Positions 9,105 to 18,253 are shown, counted from the stretch's first letter. The stretch is DNA of 34,357 nucleotides from Chloroflexota bacterium (GCA_024278725.1 JAJRSQ010000383.1:1-34357), one strand, 5' to 3'. Program-made: numbers and translations. Notes: generated by a model from the letters alone, not told the origin.

Positions 9105-12100
9105 TTATGGTGCCCAGGTGATGCGCTCTTCGAGCCACCCGCGCGAGTTTTGCTCATCGAATTTCACCACGCCGTCTGGCGACCCCTGCATATCGAATAA
9201 TTTTTGCACGTTGCCGCCGTCTGCGCCGGCAACCCAAATTGCCCACACGCCATCACGGTTGGAAACAAAGGCGATGGATTGCCCATCCGGCGACCAAGCG
9301 GGCAGCCCGTCAATGGCGGGGTTGTCGGTGATGCGGACGGGGTCGGAGCCATCTTCGTTGATTGTCCAGATTTCCCAGTTGTTGGCGTTGTCGCGTTCTT
9401 TCGACATAATGGCGATGCGTCCGCCTTGCGGGCTGGCGGCGGGGGCGGTGTCGCTGGTGAACTGGCTGATTTTCACCCCGGCGCTGGCATTGGGCGGCAG
9501 AAGCCACAAGCCGCAGTCGCCGTCGGGCGTACAGCCGCGAGCCACCAGCCGGTTGTCGGGCAGGGTGTCCACGTAATCCCCGTTGAAGTTCAGGCTATTG
9601 CCGCCATTGCCGCCCTGGAACGCCTGATACAGGCGCGGTGCGCGGTCGCTTTCGCGGCGGGTCACAAATACCACCGAGCCGTCGTTGTACCATGCGGGTA
9701 GGGCATCCTCCAGATTGCTGGTGAGCAATTCCTGCCGTCCGCCGGCGTAATCAATGAATGCCACCCCGCGCCGGTTCGGGTCCCATGAGCGGTACGCCAA
9801 CAGTGACCCATCGCGGCTGATAGCGGGTTGGCTGGCGCTGCCCACGATGATGGTCGGTTGCCCGGAGCCGTCAACGTTCATGCTCCAAATGTTGTAATTG
9901 CCCTGCTCAGGGCTGTACACCGGATAGATGATGCGCCCGCTGAGTGATGCGACGGGTGCGGGCGTCGGTGTGGGGGCAGGGGTTGGGGTATTGCTCGCCG
10001 AAGGTGTGCCGGCGGGTGTGGCGGTTGCTACGGCTGCGCCGCCCTGCGGGATGATGAGTTCCTGTCCGATTTGCAGCACGGAATCTTCCGTCAGGTTGTT
10101 CGCATCGAGCAATGCGGCGAGGCTGACGCCGAATCGCGCGGCAATGCCGCCCAGCGTATCCCCTGCCTGCACCTCATAGATGACCGGTTCTGTGGCGACG
10201 GTGGTCGCTTTCGCGGTGGCAGTCGCCTTCGGGGTTGCCGTTACTTTTTTGGGCGTTGCCGTCGCTTTCGGTTTCGGGGTGGCGGTGGCTTTCGGTGTGG
10301 GCGTCGCGGTGACGGCTGCCACAGTCACGCCCGGTTGGGGGATGATGAGTTCCTGGTCGACGCGAATGATTGATTTTTCCGTCAGATTGTTCGCTTTGAG
10401 CAAATCTGCCAGACTGATTTCAAATTGCGCGGCAATGCCGCCGAGCGTGTCACCCGATTGCACGGTGTAAACGAGCGGTTCAGCCGCTTTTGCGGGCGCA
10501 GTGGCGCTTGGGGCGGCGGTGGGCGTTCCCGCCGACGGGGTGCTGGTCGTCGCTTCCGCCACCGATTGCCCGGTGAAGGTGAAACTGTTCAGCACCATTT
10601 CAAACAGCGGTTTGTAAGCGTCCCATTCCGCTTTGGGCGCGACGGCGACCAGCGAATAGCCGGCATCGTTTTTCACGGTGGAGGCAATCAGCGCGATGGC
10701 GTCGCCGCCCATGTCGGGGGCGTTGAATTCCACCTGCGCCGATGTCCATGTTTGCCGTCCGATGTTCAGCACGCCTTCATCCAGCGTGTTGGAAATGGGC
10801 GAAAATTTTTCCAGTTGATTCGCCAGCATATCGGTGATATTTTTGTTGGCGGAAAGGGAAATCCACAGTGCCGCACCGTTGACCACCGTCCGGTCGAGGG
10901 AGCGGGCGCTGGGCGCGAAAATGACCAAATCGTCATCTTCTTTGAAGACCCACCCGGCGGGATAATCAAACGCCACGCCGAAATAGCCGCTGCTGTAATT
11001 CGCCAGCGGCAATTGCGTCGCCGTGGGTTCCGGCGTGCTGGTCACGGTGGGGGTCGGTGCGGGGGTGGGCGTGGTGGGTGGCACGGCGGCGGGCAGGGTC
11101 GGTGTCTGCTGCGTTTCAAGCAGCGCCACGGCTTGATTGCGGTTGTTGAAAACGAACAGCGCGCCCAGAATGATGAAGGCGGCGAGCACCAGCGTGCCCA
11201 CCCCGCCGAGCGATGTCCACACCCACAGCGGGTAGCCCCGGAATCTCGGCGGCGCGGCGGGCGCTTTTGCTTTTTGGGCGACGGGCGGCGTTTTCGGGCG
11301 AGCGGCTTCCGCCGTTTCGGCGGGCGCTTCGGCGGCGGGTTCATCGGTCACGGGGCGAACCGGAGCGGTGACCGCCATTTTTTCCTGCGCGGGGGTCAGT
11401 ACTTCAACTTCAAATTCCGCATCAACGAGCGTTTCTTCTTCGTCGATGATGTCTTCTTCCGCAATTTCTACGACTTCGACATATTCTTCCAAGTCTTCAA
11501 CGTCGATGATTTCTTCATCATCGAACAATTCATCGTCTTCCGCCCATTCTTCTTCGTCTTCGGTGGGGAATTCCGCTTCCGGCGGCAGGTCGGCATCCTG
11601 ATAGCGCAACCATGTTTCGCCATCGAAATAATACCAGACATTCGCTTCCAATTCATCTTGGGCGGGCGTGGGTTGGGCGGCTTCCGGCTCGGCTTGATAG
11701 CGCAGCCATTGTTCGCCGTCAAAATAATACCAGACGTTTGCTTCCGGTTGCATGTCGGCGGGCGGCTGCGGTTCCGGTTGCGAGGGGTATTCCGGTTGCG
11801 GTTGCGGCGCGGGTTGCACCGGCTCTGCGGGCGGCGGCGTTTGTGCGGCGGGTTGCACCGGCTGCATCGGTTGGGTGTATTCCGGCTGTGGTTGCGCCGG
11901 TTGTTGCGGGGCAGGCGGCTGCTGATTTTGCAGATAGCTCGGCGCGGGATGGATGGGCTGGAAGCCGGCGGCAGGTTGTTGCGTCGGCGCCATCGGGGTG
12001 GATGGCGTTTGCAGCGCCGGGGTGGCATCGGTGGGGGCGGCGGTATCGGCTAAATGCCAGCCGGTTTCGTCGTAAAAATACCACTGCCCGGTTTTCGCGC

Positions 12101-12500
12101 CTTTTGCCCAATAGCGACCCATGTCATCCTGATAATATTGGGTGGCATCCGCCGCGAAATCGCTGCCGGTGTCCATCGTCGGAGCATCGGGCTGAGGGCG
12201 TTGCCATTGCTCGCCGTCAAAGTAGTACCATTCGTTGGTATCTTTCCCCAGCATCCAATACGTCCCATGTTCGTCCACAAAGGGGAGCGTATCGGCATCG
12301 CGGGGGTCGGCTTGCGTCCATTCAACGCCATCAAAATAATACCATTGTCCGGTTTCCGCGCCGATGACCCAGTAACGTCCGTAATCATCCTGCGTTTGCA
12401 ACCCTTCCACCGCTGATTGAAACGCTTCGGCATCCATCTGTCCGGCATCAAAGGCTTGCTTCAATTCATTGTATTTATTTTCTAACTGTATAATATCCAT
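9105..12500 (-). CDS. Multidomain membrane protein: SHOCT-like N-terminus, five W/Y-rich repeats, Pro-rich and acidic linkers, one TM, two LysM domains, TolB-like PD40 beta-propeller
   Basis: 1131-aa ORF. The N-terminus carries LENKYNELKQAFDAGQMDAEAFQSAVEGL. The repeats match GRYW..G..TGQWYYFDG..W (three copies) and EANVWYYFDGE.WLRYQ (two copies). The TM segment is YPLWVWTSLGGVGTLVLAAFIILGALFVF. The LysM domains are YTVQSGDTLGGIAAQF...ELIIP and YEVQAGDTLGGIAARF...ELIIP. PD40-like motifs include PAWSPDGQSIAFVSNRDG. Confidence 0.8.
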   Translation of the reverse strand: MDIIQLENKYNELKQAFDAGQMDAEAFQSAVEGLQTQDDYGRYWVIGAETGQWYYFDGVEWTQADPRDADTLPFVDEHGTYWMLGKDTNEWYYFDGEQWQRPQPDAPTMDTGSDFAADATQYYQDDMGRYWAKGAKTGQWYFYDETGWHLADTAAPTDATPALQTPSTPMAPTQQPAAGFQPIHPAPSYLQNQQPPAPQQPAQPQPEYTQPMQPVQPAAQTPPPAEPVQPAPQPQPEYPSQPEPQPPADMQPEANVWYYFDGEQWLRYQAEPEAAQPTPAQDELEANVWYYFDGETWLRYQDADLPPEAEFPTEDEEEWAEDDELFDDEEIIDVEDLEEYVEVVEIAEEDIIDEEETLVDAEFEVEVLTPAQEKMAVTAPVRPVTDEPAAEAPAETAEAARPKTPPVAQKAKAPAAPPRFRGYPLWVWTSLGGVGTLVLAAFIILGALFVFNNRNQAVALLETQQTPTLPAAVPPTTPTPAPTPTVTSTPEPTATQLPLANYSSGYFGVAFDYPAGWVFKEDDDLVIFAPSARSLDRTVVNGAALWISLSANKNITDMLANQLEKFSPISNTLDEGVLNIGRQTWTSAQVEFNAPDMGGDAIALIASTVKNDAGYSLVAVAPKAEWDAYKPLFEMVLNSFTFTGQSVAEATTSTPSAGTPTAAPSATAPAKAAEPLVYTVQSGDTLGGIAAQFEISLADLLKANNLTEKSIIRVDQELIIPQPGVTVAAVTATPTPKATATPKPKATATPKKVTATPKATATAKATTVATEPVIYEVQAGDTLGGIAARFGVSLAALLDANNLTEDSVLQIGQELIIPQGGAAVATATPAGTPSASNTPTPAPTPTPAPVASLSGRIIYPVYSPEQGNYNIWSMNVDGSGQPTIIVGSASQPAISRDGSLLAYRSWDPNRRGVAFIDYAGGRQELLTSNLEDALPAWYNDGSVVFVTRRESDRAPRLYQAFQGGNGGNSLNFNGDYVDTLPDNRLVARGCTPDGDCGLWLLPPNASAGVKISQFTSDTAPAASPQGGRIAIMSKERDNANNWEIWTINEDGSDPVRITDNPAIDGLPAWSPDGQSIAFVSNRDGVWAIWVAGADGGNVQKLFDMQGSPDGVVKFDEQNSRGWLEERITWAP

Positions 12501-12712
12501 AATGATTATGTCTTTCTGTGCACTGTCGTGACGTAGACGTGCAACCCAAAGAAATTGCCTCCGTCGCTTTTTCTCCAGAGGATTATAGTACCGTTAATTG
12601 CCAAAATCGCAAATACCGTTCCGGAAAAATCGGGGATATGCCCACAATTGTAGGATGATAATAGGTCAATCGTTGCTTTTTATGCACAGAAAAAGACAAA
12701 ATGTCGTTATGC

Positions 12713-12721
12713 TGGTATAAT
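12713..12721 (+). promoter_or_regulatory. Extended -10 promoter element (TGGTATAAT)
   Basis: TGnTATAAT at 12713-12721, 35 nt upstream of ATG 12756. Only a weak -35-like AGACAA is present. Confidence 0.4.
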
Positions 12722-12755
12722 CCGGAACGATATTTTTTGCAGGCGATTGAATCTT

Positions 12756-14510
12756 ATGAAATCAAAGAGCATCAAACTTATTTTTATACCGATAGTGTTG
12801 CTGGGAATTGCGCTGGCGATCCCCCGGGCGCAGCAAACGCTGATTGCGTCGGCGGAGGCGTACCGTCCGCCCGCCGAATTTTCCGCTTCCCCGGTGACGG
12901 ATGCGCCCCCGGCGCAGAGCCGGCGGGTGGTGCTGGTGATTCTCAGCGGGTTGAGCGACTATTTTTGGACGGATGCCGATATGCCGACCCTGCAACAATT
13001 GCAGAATACCGGCGCTCAAACCGAAATCATCAGCCAGCCGCCGAGCTACCGCCTGCCCGCATGGGTGGCGCTGTTGGGCGGCACGTCGCCCGCACTCACC
13101 GATGCGCCGCTCTTCGATGTGTTTGACGCGCTGACGCGCCAAACCGCCACCGATACCATCCTCGCCGCTGCCGCCGAGCAATCGCGGCGCGTGGCGATTG
13201 CGGGCAACCGCCGTTGGGCGGATATTCTGCCCGCCGACATCGCCGCGGAAACCGCGTTTTTCCCCGCTACCGCCGCCGATGCCGACGCGCAGGTGATGGC
13301 GCAGGTGGCGCAATGGGTGGACGACCCTTCCATTTCGTTGATTGTGGCGCAGTTCAGCCGGATTGATGCCGCCGCTGCGACCGGCGTGGACACGGACGAC
13401 TATCAAACCGCCCTGAAAATGGTTGACCGGCAGTTGGAGCAGCTTCGCAAAATGCTCGATTTGAGCGCCACCACCCTCATCATCACCGCCGATTACGGGC
13501 ATTTGGCGCAGGGCGGGCACGGCGGCGACGACCCCGAAGTGGTCACGCTGCCGCTGATAATGGTGGGGCAGGGGGTATCGCCCGGAAAATACAGCCCCGC
13601 CGCGCAGCGGGATATTGCGCCCACCATTGCCGCACTGCTCGGCACGCGCTTTCCGTCTGCCAATACGGGCACACCGTTGCTGGAAATGCTGGCGCTTTCC
13701 CCCGCCGATTCCGCCGCGGTGTGGATGTCGCTGGCGCAGCAACGGGTTTCTCTGGCGGAAAATTATATCACCGCCATTGGCGGCACATTTTCCCCCCCGG
13801 AAAATCTGAAAAAACTGAAACAATTTTATCAGGATGGAAATTTTTCGGGCACGGCGCAACTGGCGAAACTCATCGTCTCGCAGGCTGATGCCGCCATTCA
13901 GACCGCGATTAATGCCCGCTTGCGCTCGGAGCGTCGCCCCCGGATGGCGATTGCGTCGGCGATTTTGCTGCTGGTGGTCGCCGGAGTTTTGTGGCGTCGA
14001 AGCATTTTGTGGGCGGAAGCCGGCATCGCGGCGGGGGTGACGGTGGTGGTTTATCATGGACTGTATCGCGCGTTGAAACTGCCGTACTCGCTCAGTGTCA
14101 TCGAAAATCTTCCGGCGTTTGAGCAGACATTAATCGGCTTGATTGCGGCGGCTGTTTTCGCGGGGATGCTGGTGTTGGCGGTGCTGGCTTTGTTGCGCCG
14201 CCAAACGTTCACCTGGCAGGAAATGATGTTGAGCGGGTATGAAGTGACGTGGTGGGCGGTTGTCGGGTTTGGGGTGACGGTGCTGTCCGGTTTTTGGCGG
14301 GTGGGCGCAACGGTGGATTGGATTTTTCCCGATGTGGGGGTGCTGTTTTCATATTTAACGAGCCTGTGGCAAGTCCGCTGGACGGCTATCATCGGGGTGG
14401 TGCTGCCACCCATTATGGCGGGGCTGTACATCGGCATACAATATCTTTATCTGAAACATCAGCAAAAAAAAGTGGCGCAAGCAACAAAAAACACGGAGGG
14501 TAACGCATGA
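12756..14510 (+). CDS. Alkaline-phosphatase-superfamily membrane protein (PigN/EptA-like ectodomain plus C-terminal multi-TM region)
   Basis: An N-terminal signal anchor (MKSKSIKLIFIPIVLLGIALAI) precedes an ectodomain with ADYGHLAQGGHGGDDPEVVTLPL, resembling the DHG...GxHG metal site. About 5-6 C-terminal TM helices follow. The track ORF starts at TTG 12747; ATG 12756 is preferred. Confidence 0.55.
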   Translation: MKSKSIKLIFIPIVLLGIALAIPRAQQTLIASAEAYRPPAEFSASPVTDAPPAQSRRVVLVILSGLSDYFWTDADMPTLQQLQNTGAQTEIISQPPSYRLPAWVALLGGTSPALTDAPLFDVFDALTRQTATDTILAAAAEQSRRVAIAGNRRWADILPADIAAETAFFPATAADADAQVMAQVAQWVDDPSISLIVAQFSRIDAAAATGVDTDDYQTALKMVDRQLEQLRKMLDLSATTLIITADYGHLAQGGHGGDDPEVVTLPLIMVGQGVSPGKYSPAAQRDIAPTIAALLGTRFPSANTGTPLLEMLALSPADSAAVWMSLAQQRVSLAENYITAIGGTFSPPENLKKLKQFYQDGNFSGTAQLAKLIVSQADAAIQTAINARLRSERRPRMAIASAILLLVVAGVLWRRSILWAEAGIAAGVTVVVYHGLYRALKLPYSLSVIENLPAFEQTLIGLIAAAVFAGMLVLAVLALLRRQTFTWQEMMLSGYEVTWWAVVGFGVTVLSGFWRVGATVDWIFPDVGVLFSYLTSLWQVRWTAIIGVVLPPIMAGLYIGIQYLYLKHQQKKVAQATKNTEGNA

Positions 14511-15334
14511 AAATCATCATTACCGGATACAAAGGGCAGGTGGGGGCGGCATTGCAAAAAGCCTTTGCCGAGCATGAGCTGTTTTTGGTGGATTTGCCCG
14601 AACACGACATCACCAACCCGGAAACCGTGGCGCAATTCGCCGATTTTGCCCCCGATTTGATTCTCCATCCGGCGGCGTTGACCAATGTGGACGCCTGCGC
14701 CCGCAACCCGCGACTCGCGTATCACGTGAACGCCTTCGGCACGCAGAATGTCGCGCTGGCGGCACAGCGCACCGGCGCGGCGATGCTGTATATTTCCACC
14801 AATGAGGTTTTCGACGGCACGGCAACCGACCCGTACCATGAATTTGCCCCCACCAACCCCATCAATCCTTATGCCGCGTCAAAATTGGCGGGCGAGCAGA
14901 TTGCCGCGCGGTTGGCGCAAAAACTGTACATTGTGCGGATTGCATGGGCTTTCGCCCCGAACAGCAATATGTTCCCCGCAAAAATTATCCGTGCCGCCGA
15001 TGAACGGGGGGCGTTGAAGGTGGTCACCGATGAAATCAGCTCGCCGACATATGTGCCCGATTTGGTCGCCGCGCTGAAAAAACTGGTGGCAACCGACCAT
15101 TACGGCACATATCATCTGACCAATGCGGGGATTTGTTCCAGATTTGAGTTTGCGCGGGAAATTTTGCGGCTGAGCGGGCGCGGGGATATTCCGGTGCAGC
15201 CCATCACCAGCGATGCGTTTGAGCGGGCGTCCACCCCGCCGAAATATGCGCCGTTGCAGAATAATTGCGCGGCGGCATTGGGGATTACCATGCGTCCGTG
15301 GCAGGAAGCGTTGGTAGATTATTTTGCGGCGTGA
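14507..15334 (+). CDS. rfbD: dTDP-4-dehydrorhamnose reductase
   Basis: N-terminal Rossmann motif MKIIITGYKGQVG, catalytic YAASKLAGE (YxxxK), and RmlD-like length. ATGA overlap with the upstream gene. Confidence 0.85.
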   Translation: MKIIITGYKGQVGAALQKAFAEHELFLVDLPEHDITNPETVAQFADFAPDLILHPAALTNVDACARNPRLAYHVNAFGTQNVALAAQRTGAAMLYISTNEVFDGTATDPYHEFAPTNPINPYAASKLAGEQIAARLAQKLYIVRIAWAFAPNSNMFPAKIIRAADERGALKVVTDEISSPTYVPDLVAALKKLVATDHYGTYHLTNAGICSRFEFAREILRLSGRGDIPVQPITSDAFERASTPPKYAPLQNNCAAALGITMRPWQEALVDYFAA

Positions 15335-16539
15335 AGGGCGCTCGCCCAGTCGGTGAGGGCAAGGGCGATGTAGCCGCGCAGCGCCGTCACCATATCGGCG
15401 ATGGCGATATGCTCGCGGTTGGTGTGCGCCAGCGTTTCATCGCCGGGACCGAACCCCAGCGTCGGGATGCCCGCCGCCATCAGATGCCCGCCGTCGGTGG
15501 CGAATTGCCACACATCCACCGGCACATCCGCCATCAGTGCGGCGGAGAGGGTTTGGTGCGCCTGTCTCACCAGCGGATGATTTTCCGCCAATTCAAACGA
15601 GGGGAACACCGCCGATTGCTCGATGGTGATGCCGGTGTAGGTGGTGAAGGGGCGCGTTGCCAGCGCCACCGACCCACTCGCGCCGTCGAGCAGGCTTTCC
15701 GCCAGCAGCGATTCCACTTTCGCCACAATTTCCGCCGGTGATTCGGGGGGGATGTTGCGCCAATCGAGCGTCAGCCGGATTTCGCCGGGGGTGACATTCG
15801 GGCTGACTTGGTCGGTGGTGATGAGCGTCGGGGCGACGTTTGAGCCGCCGAAGGTGACGTCATCCGCCATCGGCAGTTGGCGCAATTTTTGCAGGAATAC
15901 CGCCAGGCTGAAATGCGGGTTGATGCCCAGATGCGGCACGCTGGCGTGGATGGATTTTCCGGTGATGGTGACCCACAGTTCCACCCGCCCGCGATGCCCG
16001 CGCCGCAGGGTATTGTGGCTCGGTTCGCCCACAATTGCCATGTCGGTGCGCAGGTGGGTGGCTAAAAATGTGCTGCCGATGCCGCCCGTTTCTTCCATCA
16101 CCGGCGCGGCGACGAAAATATCGCCGGGGGGCACAACGCCCGCCGCCCGTACCAGCGCCGGCGCAAAAACCATGCACGCCAGCGGTCCTTTCATGTCCAC
16201 CGCGCCGCGTCCCCATAAAATCCCGTTCGTCACCTCGCCGCCAAACGGGTCATACGCCCAACCGGACACATCGCCCGGGTCAACATGATCCAAATGCCCG
16301 TTGAACATCAAACTTGCGCCCGCACCCCCTTTAATAACCCCGAAGACGTTGCCGTAACTGTCGGTGAACACATCATCATAGCCCAGCGCGTGCATTTTCG
16401 CCTGCACTGCCGCCGCGATTTTCTGCTCGTTGCCGGGCAGGCTGGGCGTTTGGATGAGCTGTTGGGCAAAGGCGGTCAGTTCCGGTTGATAATCTTTCGC
16501 CAGTTGAGAAATTTTTTCGGGTGAGAGGGGAAATGTCAT
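15319..16539 (-). CDS. M20-family metallohydrolase (ArgE/DapE/YgeY-like)
   Basis: Motifs FNGHLDHVDPGD, GRGAVDMKG and EETGG match the M20 peptidase signature. Its 3' end overlaps convergent rfbD by 16 nt. Confidence 0.8.
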   Translation of the reverse strand: MTFPLSPEKISQLAKDYQPELTAFAQQLIQTPSLPGNEQKIAAAVQAKMHALGYDDVFTDSYGNVFGVIKGGAGASLMFNGHLDHVDPGDVSGWAYDPFGGEVTNGILWGRGAVDMKGPLACMVFAPALVRAAGVVPPGDIFVAAPVMEETGGIGSTFLATHLRTDMAIVGEPSHNTLRRGHRGRVELWVTITGKSIHASVPHLGINPHFSLAVFLQKLRQLPMADDVTFGGSNVAPTLITTDQVSPNVTPGEIRLTLDWRNIPPESPAEIVAKVESLLAESLLDGASGSVALATRPFTTYTGITIEQSAVFPSFELAENHPLVRQAHQTLSAALMADVPVDVWQFATDGGHLMAAGIPTLGFGPGDETLAHTNREHIAIADMVTALRGYIALALTDWASALHAAK

Positions 16540-16550
16540 AAAGAACCGTT

Positions 16551-17417
16551 TTACAGGGTGAGGTTAAAAGCGCGTGCTAAATCTTCTGCGCGGGTGAAAC
16601 CGGAATCTTTTTCGGTGACGATTTTGGTTTCCACATGCAGGAAGGGGATGGCGATTCTGCCGTTGGGGGCGTTGCTGTGAACGGCGTAGCCGATTTCCCG
16701 GTCATGGATGGGGTAAAAATAGAGCATCGCCTGATTCAGCCGGTTTTGAATGCGTTTGTTCAGCTCGTAAACTTTTGTTTCGGCGGTGGTGATGATGAAC
16801 CGGTCTTCGGTGGGGTGTCCGACAAAATCATCCACCGTGCCGATTTCATCCACCACGCTGGTTAAGATGAGCGCCATCGCGCGGACAACATCGTCGCGCG
16901 CCACAAAGCCGTAAATTTCGTTGAAGGTGGATAATCCGGTGACGAAGATGCCGAGGACTGCCCAGCCGTGAAATTTCAGCAGGGTATCGAGCTTTTGGGT
17001 GGTGAGTAATTCGCCGGGCAGGCTGGTGATGGGGTTGTTTTGCCCCGCCGAGCGGCGGAGCGTGTTGCGGACTTTCAGCCGGAGTTCCTGAATATCAAAC
17101 GGTTTGGTGATGTAATCGACTGCGCCCAACTTCAAGCCGCTGATGCGGAAATCGCGCTCCTGGCGTTCGGTGACGAAGATGATGGGGATACGGCTGGTGC
17201 GGAGGTCGTTTTGCAGTCGTTTGCCCACTTCCATGCCGTCAATATCGGGCAAACGGACATCAAGCAATATCAAATCCGGGAGGGAGACCTGACATTTCTG
17301 TAATGCGTCATTCCCGGAAAATGCTTGTATGATGTAATAGCCTTGCGCCTCAAAATACACACGCAACATTTCTGAGGTATCGGGATCATCTTCCACTAGC
17401 AGGAGTTTGTGCTTCAT
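16551..17417 (-). CDS. Response regulator: receiver domain fused to a degenerate GGDEF-like domain
   Basis: Receiver motifs are KLLLVEDD, LILLDVRLPDIDG and YITKPF. The C-terminal domain has a GGDEF fold pattern (GLSTFNEIYGF...), but GHPTEDRF replaces GGDEF and the Mg-binding Asp is lost. ATG 17417 is preferred because the longer track ORF overlaps the upstream V4R gene. Confidence 0.75.
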   Translation of the reverse strand: MKHKLLLVEDDPDTSEMLRVYFEAQGYYIIQAFSGNDALQKCQVSLPDLILLDVRLPDIDGMEVGKRLQNDLRTSRIPIIFVTERQERDFRISGLKLGAVDYITKPFDIQELRLKVRNTLRRSAGQNNPITSLPGELLTTQKLDTLLKFHGWAVLGIFVTGLSTFNEIYGFVARDDVVRAMALILTSVVDEIGTVDDFVGHPTEDRFIITTAETKVYELNKRIQNRLNQAMLYFYPIHDREIGYAVHSNAPNGRIAIPFLHVETKIVTEKDSGFTRAEDLARAFNLTL

Positions 17418-17442
17418 GCAATACTGTCCATTTGCGCAATTT

Positions 17443-18069
17443 TTACGTGAGCGGTTCTTTATAGATGGCAAATTCACATGTTTCATGCCCCATGGCATGG
17501 CAATGGAATTGCTCGACTCGGAAATCCTTTCCGCCGCTGACCCAGCGCAAGCCTTCTTGCAGTACGCCGGTGGCGGCAAAGCAGATGGGGCGGTCGCTGG
17601 TGCGTCCCCAGCACACGGGGCAGGTTTCAATGGTGTAAATAAAGCGGTCTTCCTCTTCCCGGACGCGCGATTTTTGGTCGCTGAAAGTGCTGAAGGTTTC
17701 CGCCATTGCCCGCAAGCCGACTTTGAGTTTCGTGCCCAGCGGAATGACTTTGAAGGCAAGCTCGCTCACGCCGATGAGCGCACCGAAATCATTCAACCCC
17801 TGAGCGAAGGATGCACGCCCGGCTCGCAGGGCAAGCCCGCGTCCGCCACGGGGACCGTACATTTCTTCAATGGCGGCATTCAGCGCGCTGAAGTCCGAAA
17901 AATCAATTTCACGAGCCAGGTTGTTTGGGGGGTAATTATCAATCCAGTGCGGTAATTTGGCGAGATTCAACACGGCATTGATACCGCCTTTGCCCATAAC
18001 TTCTTCCATAGCTACCAAATATATGTATACAATTTTATTGGGGTAGTATAAGCCGCTTTTTTCCGGCAC
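17443..18069 (-). CDS. V4R (4-vinyl reductase) domain protein
   Basis: Motifs GLYYPNK, MYGPRGGRGLALRAGRA and CPVCWGR...C...GGK...C.A.G...CEF match the V4R family pattern. GTG 18069 is preferred because GGAGG (18082-18078) lies 8 nt upstream. The track start at 18084 is TTG. Confidence 0.7.
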   Translation of the reverse strand: MPEKSGLYYPNKIVYIYLVAMEEVMGKGGINAVLNLAKLPHWIDNYPPNNLAREIDFSDFSALNAAIEEMYGPRGGRGLALRAGRASFAQGLNDFGALIGVSELAFKVIPLGTKLKVGLRAMAETFSTFSDQKSRVREEEDRFIYTIETCPVCWGRTSDRPICFAATGVLQEGLRWVSGGKDFRVEQFHCHAMGHETCEFAIYKEPLT

Positions 18070-18210
18070 TGTTGCGTCCTCCAAATAAAGTAAGCATCTG
18101 TTACTAATATAATATATTATGGACGTTATGTCTAGGGTTACATAAGAATTGCTGCGCCGAGTTTCATTCTTCGTATCAATTATACTTCAGATATGGGTTG
18201 TGCGCCAATA

Positions 18211-18253
18211 AATAAAAACGCGCCGACAGATGAAAAAGTGTTCCGTCGGCGCG
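18211..18253 (-). terminator. Rho-independent terminator after ftsH
   Basis: GCGCCGAC (18220-18227) pairs with GTCGGCGC (18245-18252). On the minus strand it is followed by TTTTTATT (18218-18211). Confidence 0.7.

Noticed and set aside
10186-10330. Short periodic DNA repeats (encoding KATATP-type units) considered as a CRISPR-like array
   Set aside because: They lie inside a continuous ORF and encode a low-complexity linker between two LysM domains. The units are short, imperfect and lack unique spacers.
10425-12053. 542-aa plus-strand ORF, very rich in Arg and Gly
   Set aside because: It lies antisense to the well-supported 1131-aa minus-strand gene. Its low-complexity R/G composition is the typical shadow of a GC-rich, Pro/Ala-rich coding strand, and it has no recognisable motifs.
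12762-14057. 431-aa minus-strand ORF
   Set aside because: It lies antisense to the alkaline-phosphatase-superfamily gene. Its composition is Arg/Gly/Pro-biased and shows no domain signature, so it is a shadow ORF of GC-rich DNA.
17418-17759. N-terminal extension of the response-regulator ORF (track 16551..17759)
   Set aside because: The extension overlaps the 3' part of the V4R gene in another frame and is Ala/Pro/Cys-rich nonsense. The receiver domain begins at MKHKLLLVEDD (ATG 17417).
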